Below the pieces are notes generated by a model. It was not told the origin of the DNA, made no database searches, and saw only the letters and a program-made list of their open reading frames with translations. This document shows, piece after piece, positions 1-10,870 of a DNA stretch of 64,000 nt. The stretch is from Haliotis rufescens. Its lineage: Eukaryota. Where the stretch lies: NCBI RefSeq assembly GCF_023055435.1, contig NW_025964372.1, positions 14,198,001-14,262,000 of the forward strand, in the 5' to 3' direction. Made by a program: the position numbers and the translations under genes. Every line of letters begins with the position of its first letter. Positions within the stretch are counted from its first letter, which is position 1.

Positions 1-3000
1 CGTGTAACTGTTCCAGCTCGCTGTGCCATACTTCCCATTTTGCTTGGATATCTATTGGAAGTGTATCATCCCAATCGAGACCACATCGCCATATTTCTTG
101 GATCATGAATTTGGCGCGGATAGTGAATGGAGCAAGATATCCGCATGGATCGAATATTGAACAAACAGTACTGACTATAGCTCTTTTAGTGTTTGTCACA
201 TCCCTATGTGTGGGATTGAATGTAAAGCAGTCCTGCTCAACATTCCAGCGCAGTCCTAGAGCACGTTGCAGGGGTTGTTCATCTAAATCAAAGTCTTTAG
301 GCTGATTTGCTTTTTGACTTTCAGGAATAACAGCAAGGACTTTCTCTGAGTTTGAGACCCACTTATGTAAATGAAAACCACCCTTTTGCATCAGATTTGG
401 TAGGTCCTGTGTCATCTGGATCGCTTCAGCTACAGTTTCAACTGACTTCACCAGATCGTCAACGTAGAAGTCTCTCGAAACAGCCTTGATCACTGATGGA
501 TGAAATTCATTTGCGTTGTCGCAAGCAGTTTGCTGGAGTGCATAACATGCACAAGAACATGAATCGGTGGCTCCAAAGATGTGGACAAGCATTTTGTAGA
601 CATCAGGTGGACCAGGTTGCTGGTTGTCGGCTTTCCATAAGAATCTTAGTGAGTCTGAGTCATGTTCAAAAACTCTTACTTGGTGGAACATGCCTTCCAC
701 ATCAGCCATGAGGGCAATTTGATATAACCTGAACCTCTGAATCACTCCAAACAAGTTATTCACTAAATCTGGGCCACTCAACAGATTGTCATTTAATGAT
801 GTTCCGGCATATGCTGCAGCCGCATCAAAAACTACCCTCACCTTGCCAGACTTATTTGGGCTTGTGACTCCATGGTGCGGTATATACCACGTTCGTGGTG
901 AAACACTGGCTATTTCCTCCTGCATGAGTTTTCGTGCATGACCATTTGATATATAGCCATTCAGAGTGTTGCTGTACATGATCCCGAAATCTTTATCATG
1001 CATTAGTCTCTTTGCCAAGAGCTTGAATCGTTTCTCCGCAGCAGCATAGTTGTTCGGGAGAATGCAATCCGCCTTTTTCCAGAGCATACCAACTTGGTAA
1101 TGTCCATCCACTAAACAGGTAGTCTCTTTCAGGATGTGTTCTGCTTTTCGATCATCCATGGACGATGATTGCTTCTTGTCATACGCAGCTCCAAAAGACT
1201 CAGTTTTCCAGAATCGCTCAACACTCTCGTGTATTTCCAGATCGCGTGTAATTGTGAGATTGACACTGGCTTGGACTTCCTGAGCAGCACTACTTTCACA
1301 ACTTGCCACCCCCATGAGTGACCATCCCAGGGCAGTGCGAACAGCAACTGGTTCATCTTTTTGTCCCTCAATGACTTCAACTTGCAAGTGTGCCTCCGGA
1401 ATGTTTAAGCCAATCATCATCTTGATTTGTGCTGGTTCAACTGAGGGTATGTCTAGGTGTTTGATATGCTTCCAGTCTGGATTCACGCACTGAGGTCGGC
1501 AATCAAAAGCATTGGATTTGACTGTCCATGCTTCTTTTACATGAATGTTGGAGGCATCAAGCATATTTGCTGATGTAATGTTAAGGGAAACTCTGCTTGA
1601 TGGCTCTGTAGTTATACTATTACATGTTTTCATCTTAAGAGTTTGCCGTTCTCCTTTGATTCCCAAATCCTGCACAAACTCATCATGAATCAAGGTGACA
1701 TCGCTGGCAGAATCTAACAATGCAAACGTTTTCATAACTCTACCACTCTGTCCATACGCAAGAATTGGCACAATCTGAAAGAACACTGTGTTTCCAAATG
1801 ACTGCATCTTCCTGTTTATTGCTTCAACTGTTTCTGGATTATTTCGATGCAACATTGTGTGATGTCTCTTGCCACATCCTGGTTCTCGGCATGCCATCAA
1901 AGAGAAACTCTTATCTGCTGTGTGAGAGGGTTTCAAGCAGTTGAAACAAAGCTTATTCTCAGTGACGACAGTACTTCGTTCAGGAACAGGCTTGTTTGAA
2001 AACAGTGGACAGTGATATAGATAATGAGGCTGTTTACACATTGGGCATGGTAACTTTGAACGACTGTCATATTGCTTGACTGAACCTTTTCGAGCAAGCG
2101 GAGTCTTACTGTTTTGTATGTCAGTCATGGAAACCGTCGTAGCATATACTGTGCTTTGTCTTTCAGGTCCCTTGTACCCTGAAGATCCGTTATGTTTAGA
2201 CAATTTCCTTTGGGTTGATGTATGAGCAGCGAATGCAATGGCATATGGGTTGAAATCTGCATCTACCCTGTCCCTTAGCCAATTGTTGAGATCATACAGG
2301 TTGGGTTCTCTAGTTCTTGTGGTGTGTCGCACAAACTCATTCCATTTTGTGATTTTGTCATTTGGTAAACGTCTTGCAATTCTGAGCACCATATCTGGGC
2401 TGTGTAATTCAGACAAATACTGAAATTGCTCAAGTGTTGTAATGCAGTCCCGAATAGTAACGTAGAACTTTCGAAGAGATGATGGGTCGTGACTTGCAAT
2501 CATCGATCCTGAGGTCACTCTTTCCAAGAAAGCTCTTGCTACCTTGATACGATGGCCGAAGGCACGCTTTAACTCTTGTAGTGCTAAAGCATAGTTGCGA
2601 CCTGAAGATCCTAGCCCTTGCACAAGGTGTTTTGCATCCCCTTCCAAACGAGACTGAAGTAAGTCCATTCGCCGAACATCAAATATTCCGGGTCGAGTAT
2701 GTACTTGCGCATGAAACCGCTCGATGAAACAAGGCCATTCAATAGCTTTACCACTAAACTTCGGTAAGTCAATCTTAGGCAGATCGCGCTCGCTCTCTAG
2801 CTTGATAAGAGCATGAGTTAGGTGATCTTTATCTGAAGAATTCACCTCGGATATCGTTTCTTGTCCAAGAATGAGGTGATCTATCCATGCGTCAATCAGT
2901 TCGTATGGTTGACGGTTTTGCACAGTGACAGGAGGTCGAGATACCTCGAAACTGGGAACATGTATGTTGAGTTGTGTTGGTTGTGATCTGAGTGTTTCTT

Positions 3001-3892
3001 TCATACTTGGGGTAAGTGCTTCTGAATGTGGGTTTTGTTGATCCACGTTACTACACTTGACAGCACCATCAGATGCTTCCAACCACTTCTGAATATATTC
3101 CTGTTTTCCATGTTCCTGAAAATGAGTTTTCCTATCAGCCACATTACTACCTATTACAAGCATGTCTTCACGCATTTTCACCTCCAAATCTGCCATATCC
3201 TTTCTGTGTGTTGCTTCCTGCTTGACTTGTGTGGCCTGCATTTCAGCAATTTGCTTAGACTGATTTACATGAAGTTCAGTCATTTTTGCAGCAAGTTTTG
3301 CTGCTTCCTCAGCAAAAAATGCTTTCAGTTTTGCTTGTTCAGCTTTAAACACCATATTTGTATTGCTGCTCTTCCCTTGGCTGTAATTGTCATTTTCACT
3401 TTCAATTGATCTAGTGTCACCTTGTGAGCTTATCACAGACAGTGACTTAACAGATTTGCTCACTAAAATGTCTCCAATTTCTTCCAGTGCTTTATTTGCA
3501 ATTTCCTGCCTTTCCTTAAACCAATCCATTGCCTGCTGACTTTCTGTTTCACCATGCAACACTGACAAATACTGCCTATGGGCATCATACAGAGCTTTTA
3601 CTGCCGCTTCAATTTTGTTGCATGTCACTGATAATGTTCGTTTCGACCTCTTTTCCGTAATTTGAGACCTTGCCGTATTAATAATTGCCGTCAAACGAGC
3701 AGCATAACCACTCCTAGCATACTTCAAGTCTTGTTTTTCTGTGTTAAACTCGTATCTATCGGGATGAATTCCCTTTGTCGATCTACTACACCGTCTTGGC
3801 AAACCAGGCTCAGAACGAGTGCTTCGCAAGTGTTTAGAATCAAATTCAGCATTAAGTGACAGTTTTGGTGGCCCACCTTTGGTAGATTCCAT
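1..3892 (-). CDS. BEL/Pao LTR retrotransposon Gag-Pol polyprotein (runs off the window edge)
   Basis: Manual minus-strand translation of sampled segments, all in frame with ATG 3892: Gag LPKIDLPKFSGKAIEWPCFIERF, Cys/His knuckles (CPMCKQPHYLYHC, CFNCLKPSH, CREPGCGKRHHTMLH), protease ALLDSASDVTLI, RT SLNDNLLSGPDL...FYVDD, then SIFDPCGYLAPF...GLDWDD. Absent from the ORF track, consistent with no stop before position 1. Confidence 0.93.
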   Translation of the reverse strand, partial: MESTKGGPPKLSLNAEFDSKHLRSTRSEPGLPRRCSRSTKGIHPDRYEFNTEKQDLKYARSGYAARLTAIINTARSQITEKRSKRTLSVTCNKIEAAVKALYDAHRQYLSVLHGETESQQAMDWFKERQEIANKALEEIGDILVSKSVKSLSVISSQGDTRSIESENDNYSQGKSSNTNMVFKAEQAKLKAFFAEEAAKLAAKMTELHVNQSKQIAEMQATQVKQEATHRKDMADLEVKMREDMLVIGSNVADRKTHFQEHGKQEYIQKWLEASDGAVKCSNVDQQNPHSEALTPSMKETLRSQPTQLNIHVPSFEVSRPPVTVQNRQPYELIDAWIDHLILGQETISEVNSSDKDHLTHALIKLESERDLPKIDLPKFSGKAIEWPCFIERFHAQVHTRPGIFDVRRMDLLQSRLEGDAKHLVQGLGSSGRNYALALQELKRAFGHRIKVARAFLERVTSGSMIASHDPSSLRKFYVTIRDCITTLEQFQYLSELHSPDMVLRIARRLPNDKITKWNEFVRHTTRTREPNLYDLNNWLRDRVDADFNPYAIAFAAHTSTQRKLSKHNGSSGYKGPERQSTVYATTVSMTDIQNSKTPLARKGSVKQYDSRSKLPCPMCKQPHYLYHCPLFSNKPVPERSTVVTENKLCFNCLKPSHTADKSFSLMACREPGCGKRHHTMLHRNNPETVEAINRKMQSFGNTVFFQIVPILAYGQSGRVMKTFALLDSASDVTLIHDEFVQDLGIKGERQTLKMKTCNSITTEPSSRVSLNITSANMLDASNIHVKEAWTVKSNAFDCRPQCVNPDWKHIKHLDIPSVEPAQIKMMIGLNIPEAHLQVEVIEGQKDEPVAVRTALGWSLMGVASCESSAAQEVQASVNLTITRDLEIHESVERFWKTESFGAAYDKKQSSSMDDRKAEHILKETTCLVDGHYQVGMLWKKADCILPNNYAAAEKRFKLLAKRLMHDKDFGIMYSNTLNGYISNGHARKLMQEEIASVSPRTWYIPHHGVTSPNKSGKVRVVFDAAAAYAGTSLNDNLLSGPDLVNNLFGVIQRFRLYQIALMADVEGMFHQVRVFEHDSDSLRFLWKADNQQPGPPDVYKMLVHIFGATDSCSCACYALQQTACDNANEFHPSVIKAVSRDFYVDDLVKSVETVAEAIQMTQDLPNLMQKGGFHLHKWVSNSEKVLAVIPESQKANQPKDFDLDEQPLQRALGLRWNVEQDCFTFNPTHRDVTNTKRAIVSTVCSIFDPCGYLAPFTIRAKFMIQEIWRCGLDWDDTLPIDIQAKWEVWHSELEQLH

Positions 3893-3906
3893 CTTTAAAG
3901 GATAAC

Positions 3907-4265
3907 TGAAAGTTCCAACACTTCTGTGCTAAATGAGAGGAATGAACTGTGTTTGAATGTTGCAAGGGGTTCAGTTTTCGCGCACATGAAGAAAAACCTT
4001 TTGTTCGTGAGAGAACAAAGACGTATTAGTGTCTTGAGATAATTCAATGCGCTGCAATCGACGAGAAATACACAAATGGGCTTTGAGATTGAGTTGTGAT
4101 TGTGTTTTACCCATCATTACTTTGTTTTTCTTCGTGACTGGCATGCGAAATCAACGGCGACATGCAATCCTCTCCATAATAACCAACACAAGGGAGCTAA
4201 CTAAAAGTTAATTATAACGGACTACCGCACAAAAGAAATAATCAAATTAATGCTGGTCATTAACA
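3907..4265 (-). mobile_element. Putative 5' LTR of the BEL/Pao element
   Basis: On the minus strand it starts TGTTAATGACC (4265) and ends GGAACTTTCA (3907), just upstream of the Gag ATG. Boundaries inferred from TG...CA only; the second LTR is outside the window. Confidence 0.55.
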
Positions 4266-4505
4266 ATATCTGATTTCTGTATCTCGAAAACGATCTAAAA
4301 TACAAATTCGGCAAGTAAAAAGTATATAAATTTATGGATATGTCACACATGTGTTCCTGGAATCATCATTATTTGATAGTGATTCATGAACACATTCTCA
4401 TAAGTCGGAATCGTACAGTCGACACTGCTTTTGGCAGAGACTTCTTATGAATATGGAAAGGCTTTTGTCGCTTTTATTTCTAAGCACCGAGCCTTCTTCA
4501 CCATT

Positions 4506-4722
4506 GTCTTCAGCAACCCATGCTTGCCATAAAAGGCGACTATGCTTGTCGAAAGAGGCGACTAACGAGATCGCGTGGTCAGGCTCGCTGACTTGGTTGA
4601 TGCATGACCCTATGCGTGGATCGAGGCTCACTGGTTTGTATGGTCCAGACTCGATTATTTACAAACTGCTGTCATATTGCTGGAATATTGATGAGTGCGG
4701 CGTAAAACAACAAACAAACAAA
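4506..4722 (+). mobile_element. SINE-like family A copy
   Basis: Matches the most common repeat in the window (GTCTTCAGCAACCCATGC...GGCGACTAAC...GCTGGAATATTG...CGTAAAACAACAAAC). Confidence 0.85.
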
Positions 4723-4838
4723 GCAGTCTCGTGAATGTATTTAATCTGTCGTCTATAAGTGGCCAAATACAGAAACAGTCATCCAGAAGTTGCATACGTG
4801 GGTGCCATTTTCGTACCCATTGTAGTCCCTTAAATCTC

Positions 4839-5092
4839 GACCCGTGAAGATCCGGGGTAGAATAGGTCTTCAGCAACCCATGCTTGTCGTAAAAGGCGAC
4901 TACGCTTGTCGTAAGATATCGGGTAGTCAGGCTCGCTGACGTGGTTGAACCATGTCATCGATCCCAATTGCTTGGATCTATGCTCATGATATCAGTCACT
5001 GGATTGTCTGGTCCAGACTCGAATATTTACAGACAGCCGTCATATAGCTTGAATATTGCTGAGTGCGGCGTAAAACAAAACCAACTAACCAA
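4839..5092 (+). mobile_element. SINE-like family A, full-length copy (more than 20 copies or fragments in the window)
   Basis: ACCCGTGAAGATCCGGGGTAGAATAGGTCTTCAG head to GCGGCGTAAAACAAAACCAAC tail. Other copies near 18345, 22802, 25828, 26855, 28538, 30375, 32305, 36622, 42305, 56552, 59768, 60700. Confidence 0.88.
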
Positions 5093-5261
5093 TCTTCGGG
5101 GCCCGGTGAGCTGAAAGATGGGATGCTTTTGTCGTTGTTGATGCCAAGAGGTTTTTCCGAAGTCTAGATATAGGAACCATTCTAGAACACAGACATCAGG
5201 TTTATATGTCAAAAGTCTTTATTAATGAGTTGTTCGGAATACAATTACTGGAAGACATTGT

Positions 5262-7701
5262 TCAGTTGCATCGCTGAATGTTTCGATTAGCAACTACGAG
5301 AAACCATTCCACCAGCTCCTTTCCGAGAATATTGACCAGGTCAGAATCTGCCTGGAGGGCAGATAGTGCCTCGGGTAGAGTGGTTGGTAGAGTATTGGCT
5401 GATTTGGAGTTAGCAGCTGGCTCCTCTGTGTCTGGACATTGAGCAGGACAATCCAGGTTATTGAGTACTCCGTCTAAACCTGCAGCTATAGTCGCTGCAA
5501 GAGTCAGATACGGATTGCTTCTCCCACTTGGAATGCGGTTCTCAAAGTAGACGCCTTGTTTATCAGTATCTGCTTTAACTCGAAAAGACGAAAGACGATT
5601 TTCCAAAGCCCAGTTTATTGTTCTTGGTCTCCTTGGGCGGTGCAATCGATCATAACAATTTACTGTAGGACACCAGAAAGCTGAGAGAGCTCTAGAGTGT
5701 TTTAGCAGTCCACCAAGCCAACATCTTCCAAAATCAGATATACCATCGGGTTTGCTGGAATCACTGAAAATATTTTCACCACTTTCAATCGATAACACCG
5801 AATGATTGTAATGCATTCCGACTTCACCTGTTTTTTGCTTGGACAAAAAACTGACTTTATAATCTGTGTGCTTAGTTGCTACTTCAAGAGCTCCACTTCG
5901 AAAGGTAAAAGCCCAGTCAGCAGCTGTGATGCCTTTGGATGCCTTTAAAACTCCCTCGAAGAGTCCAGCATCCCACTCTGTATGAAAGTTTTCAACGTCA
6001 ACACCTGCATTATGCATGCCATTGTCTAAGGCGTAAAGAAATGCACTGTGTTTTGTGTGGTCCAAGTGATGCATTCGCCATCTTCCCGACGCAGGTAGGT
6101 CTTTATAATACAACATGTATTCCATCTCGAATCCTGACAAAATCGTATACCCATTGTTGGCCAATCGTTGGAGTTGTTGTTTAGCAGCATATCTTGGAAA
6201 ACAGTTAACAGGAGTCTTGTCTTTCAACCAATACGCGTCACATATGACCTCAGCGACCTTGAACTGTTCCCCACCATCCCAGGAAATAGCTTTCATTGTG
6301 CTGAGATCGGGAATGATTACAAAGCCAAAATCCCTTTGCAGTGACGCAGGAACGCCTGAAAATATTTCAAGACAATAATGTCATGTCTATGATAAGTTAT
6401 ATTTCAATGAGGCCATATTAGGATTCACTTGAGACGAATCACTGGTTATGTTCCAGTGTTTAACGCCACAGAATATTTCAGCTGTACACCAGGGTCCTCT
6501 GAATAATTGTCTGGACCAGACAATCAGTTATGATCAAACTTAAAACTTGTCACAAAAAAGTGTAATCTTGAAAAAGATGTTTGTTTAGCTTTACTGTGGA
6601 ACGCACAGAGGTACCACTTACAAGAAGACCTTCAGCTGAAGCACTAACAATATGCTGTAAGTAACAAGGACTTACACATGCAAAAGATGGGAAAAAATAA
6701 TTCATTGCATCACTTCACACTAGAATGTCAATTCAGATAAGGCGCATTTAATTCTTGTTAGATAAATTTTGATAATATGTATTGTAAAAAGTGTGTGATT
6801 TTAATTTGGTAAAATGATTATATAACTGTGATTGTTAGTGGCTGTACCTTCAAATGGGGTTGAAGTAACGTCAAGTAATTGTCCCCCTGAGAGGGTACGT
6901 AAGTCCCACTTAATTCAAAGTATATTTCATTTTCCTGGATTTTAATCGTAGAATACTTGTTGTTTAGTAATGCTTTAGCTTACACTTACTTACAATCACC
7001 AGTGGCCAGAGGGATGGTGTAAATCCTGCTGGGGTACCATGCAGGAAGCAGATGTACAGTAAGTCCCCACGGCCCCTAGTATGGTGACCTAGCTTTGGTT
7101 GCTGGTGATCTCTAGCCCATTTTTATAATGTATTGTTTAGAATAGTCACTTTTTTTATGGAAACATGCTAGTTTTAAATCTATATCTGTGAAAGTCCAGA
7201 GATTTTACTGTCCTTTGTCGAAATACTGAAATACTGTCGATGTGACTATAAATTTTAACTCACTCACTCACTATACCCAACTAATAAACAACAATAACAA
7301 AGTTTTATAAACCATGACAAGATTTTTTGTTTATTTGTTATTTAACGCCTCAACCAGCCATATTCTACCTATTTAATTGAATCTGGACCAGGCATTCAGT
7401 GACTAATATTAAGAGCATCGATCCACAATTGGGATATGACTGACCAGACCAACGAACTTAACCTCACGATTCATTTAATCACCTCTTAAAACCAGCATAG
7501 GTTGCCGGGGACCTACATTCTTACCCGGAATCACAAGACAGGTAGGCTTCTAAGATCATAACACATACCTACTCCTACAGTGACCCCAGTTCTACAGACG
7601 TGTTCGGCATGGCGGCGATGAAGAATTCTTCCTCTGGACTTTCCGGATACGTCACAGACAGTCAGTCGTAAATAGTCGTAGGGTACCGACATCTGAGACA
7701 T
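5262..7701 (-). CDS. Lengsin-like / type I glutamine synthetase-like protein (about 408 aa)
   Basis: Coding exons 7701-7569 (MSQMSVPYDYLRLTVCDVSGKSRGR) and 6355-5262, phase-1 GT-AG intron. GS motifs GFEMEY, HTEWDAGLFE, GMHYNHS, PTVNCYDRL, ENRLSSFRV, YFENRIPSGRSNPYL. AATAAA on the minus strand at 5223-5218. Confidence 0.9.
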
Positions 7702-7969
7702 GGTCCTGCAATAAACCATTCATTGCAATAAACAATTAACAATCATTTACACTGTTCGATACATCGCCATTTGTTACGTTATATTTGAATCCTGGGTTTT
7801 GAACGCACGTCCATGGGCTCGACAAAGTAACTTATGCTCATTTATCAGTGTCTTTGGAGCAGCGTCTGCGGCAGATGGCATCATTTATTAACAACTGGCT
7901 CCTTGGATAGTTGATAGATCGTCTTGCTGGAGAGAGGGATGTCGGGGGTGTGATCAGCTGTCCGTGTTT

Positions 7970-9415
7970 CAGTTTGAGTCTGATACTCAAGAATCGGATA
8001 TAGAATAGGGGGAGTAAATTGAGCCTGATACTCAAGAATCGGAAGTAGAATGGGGGTAGTAGTTAAAGCCTGATACTGAAGAATCGGATATAGAATAAAG
8101 GGAGTAGTTAGAGCCTGATACTCAAGAATCGGATATAGAATATGGGGAGTAAATTGAGCCAGTTACTCAAGAATCGGATATCGAACAGGGGAAGTAGTTT
8201 GAGGCTGATACTCAAGATTCGGATATAGAATATGTAGAGTAGTTTGAGCCTGATACTCAAGAATCGGATATAGAATATGGGGAGCAGTTTGAGGCAGATA
8301 CTCAAGAATCGGATATAGAACAGGGGGAGTAGTTAGAGCCAGATACTCAAGAGTCGGATATAGAACAGGGGGAGTAGTTTTAGCCTGATACTCAAGAATC
8401 CGATATAGAATAGGGGAAATAGTTAGAGCCTGATACTCAAAAGTCGGATATAGAATATAGGGAGTAGTTAGAGCCTGATACTCAAGAATCGGATATAGAA
8501 TATGGGGAGTTAATTGAGCCAGATACTCAAGAATCGGATATAGAACAGGGGAAGTAGTTTGAGGCTGATACTCAAGATTCGGATATAGAATATGTAGAGT
8601 AGTTTGAGCTTGATACGCAAGAATCTGATATGGAAAAGGGGGAGTAGTTTGAGCCTGATACTCAAGAATCGGATATAGAATATGGGGAGTAGTTTGAGCC
8701 AGATACTCAAGAATCCGATATAGAATAGGGGAAGTAGTTTGAGCCTGATACTCAAAAGTCGGATATAGAATAAAGGGAGTAGTTAGAGCCTGATACTCAA
8801 GAATCGGATATAGAATATGGGGAGCAAATTGAGCCAGTTACTCAAGAATCGGATATCGAACAGGGGAAGTAGTTTGAGCCTGATACTCAAGAATCGGATA
8901 TAGAATATGGGGAGCAGTTTGAGGCAGATACTCAAGAATCGGATATAGAACAGGGGGAGTAGTTAGAGCCAGATACTCAAGAGTCGGATATAGAACAGGG
9001 GGAGTAGTTTTAGCCTGATACTCAAGAATCGGATAAAGAATAGGGGAAGTAGTTAGAGACTGATACTCAAGAGTCGGATATTGAATATGGGGAGTAGTTA
9101 GAGCCTGATACTCAAGAGTCGGATATTGAATATGGGGAGTAGTTTGAGCCTGATACTCAAGATTCGGATATAGAATATGGGGAGTAGTTTGAGCCTGATA
9201 CTCAAGAGTCGGATATAGAATATGGGGTGTAGTTTGAGCCAGATACTCAAGAATACTCGGATATAGAACAGGGGAAGTAGTTTGAGAGAGATACTCAAGA
9301 GTCGGATGTAGAATATTGGGAGTAGATTGAGCTTGATATTAAAAAATCGGATGTAGAACAGGACGAGTAGTTTGAGCCTGATTTTAAAGAATTTGATATA
9401 GAATAGGGAGGGTAG
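7970..9415. repeat. 45-bp minisatellite, about 32 copies, in the putative intron 1 of the GS-like gene
   Basis: Unit AGTTTGAGCCTGATACTCAAGAATCGGATATAGAATATGGGGAGT; gives the spurious LKLLPIFYIRFLSIR ORFs. Confidence 0.95.
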
Positions 9416-9459
9416 TTATTGAAGAACGGGATATAGGTTGGTTGGTTTGCTTGTCGTAC

Positions 9460-9613
9460 GCGTAAGAGGCGACTTACGGGATCGGGTGGTCAAGCTCGCT
9501 GTCATCGATCCCAATTGCGTGGATCGATTCGCATGTCAATCACTGGATTGTCTGGTCCAGACTCGATTATTTAGTCCCCCGTCATATAGCTGGAATATTG
9601 CTGAGTGCGGCGT

Positions 9614-9647
<34 letters not shown>

Positions 9648-9840
9648 AAATATGATGGCGGTCTAAGTTATCGAGTCTTGACCAGACAATCCAGTGATTG
9701 ATTTTATGAGCACCGAGCCATGAAATTGGGATCCAATGACATGCATAAACTGAGTCGGCGAGTCTGACCACTTGATCCCGTTGGTCGCCTCTTACGACAA
9801 GTATGGGTTATGAAGACTATTCTAACCCACATCTTCACGT
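9460..9840. mobile_element. Two family A SINE copies, inverted tail-to-tail
   Basis: Plus-strand copy about 9460-9648 ending in (CAA)n, immediately followed by a minus-strand copy about 9652-9840. Confidence 0.8.
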
Positions 9841-9864
9841 ATCAGATTATAGTAAATAACCTAC

Positions 9865-9960
9865 CTTCTTAGTTGATGCAGAAAGCCGGTGTGCAAAGGA
9901 TCACATGTGTCATTCAGTTGGTGAATCAAGGAATGAAAACGGCTGGTCCTTTTATATACG
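9865..9960 (-). promoter_or_regulatory. Putative TATA box and non-coding first exon of the GS-like gene
   Basis: Minus-strand TATATAAAAGG near 9959-9949, donor AAG|GTAGGT at 9865/9864. Exon 2 acceptor TTGCAG|GACCATG at 7705 requires an upstream non-coding exon. Confidence 0.55.
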
Positions 9961-10589
9961 TGGATTAGAACACGTGACCAAAAACAATTATAGCTGATTA
10001 TTGTAAACATATTATGATAAGAAAAGGAAAATTATGACAAATATTATGATGCACGCATTGATGACGATAATCAAAACTATTCATTCATGCTTCAAAAGCA
10101 AGTTGCACATATGTTACAACTTACCCACCTGTTACCTACCCAATGAACTGCAAATTTGTCATCTTCGTGATAAACATTTGAGATATTCGGGTGTTATGGA
10201 GTATTCACAATGACATTGAAGAATGCTTAATTCTGATGTAGTCACAATAAGACCAAATTCAGGTATGAAATTATATTCGATTCCTCAGAATTAACACTTT
10301 TTCACACAATAACTTTGCGTACGAAAACAACACTATCCTATTGGTTGGTTGGTTGGTTTGTTGTTTAACGTCGCACTCAGCAATATTCCAGCTATATGAC
10401 GGCAGTCTGTAAATTCGTTGGGGCGGAGGATAATAAAAATAATAATACTCATACCCCCCGCCAATATGACATGTCCGGTTGTGTGCAATGCATTAGCTCC
10501 CGTGAACTATGGTGTTGATTTGCCTTCTGCAGTTTATGATAGAATACGTAACTGTATTTGTAATGAGTTGTGTTATTACTTAAACCACT

Positions 10590-10870
10590 TTTGGAGAATC
10601 CACATGGTATTTATTCCACTTGTCTCAAATACTTTCTGTGAATATAAAGAAAGTCCTTCCTTGATTATGCCTAATCTTTGAGACAGGGATTTGATGGTGC
10701 ATTTGCTAGACCAAGTAATTTATCTCTCTTTGTACGGATATGTTTTAGCTTTGGAATCCAGTAAAAAGGAGGAATGGACATGTCTTCAGGTTTTAGAGTA
10801 AAGTCAAAAGTTGATTGATGGTTTTGGCAGATTTCATCCTCAGTTTACATACTGGCCTCATATGTGGCAT
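10590..10870 (-). mobile_element. Penelope-like retroelement RT fragment (degenerate)
   Basis: Minus-strand remnants WIPKL and GIIKEGLSLYSQKVFETSGINTMWIL resemble the YWIPKLHK...SGVNQMWIL region of PLE RTs; frameshifted. Confidence 0.6.

Noticed and set aside
3026-3859. Plus-strand ORFs within the first 4 kb
   Set aside because: Antisense shadows of the BEL Gag-Pol frame.
5262-6355. Horizontal transfer or bacterial contamination for the GSI-type gene
   Set aside because: Spliceosomal introns and a poly(A) signal are present, and lengsin/GSI-like genes are established in animals.
8108-9298. Leucine-rich ORFs (LKLLPIFYIRFLSIR)
   Set aside because: Translations of the 45-bp minisatellite with frequent stops; no splice support.
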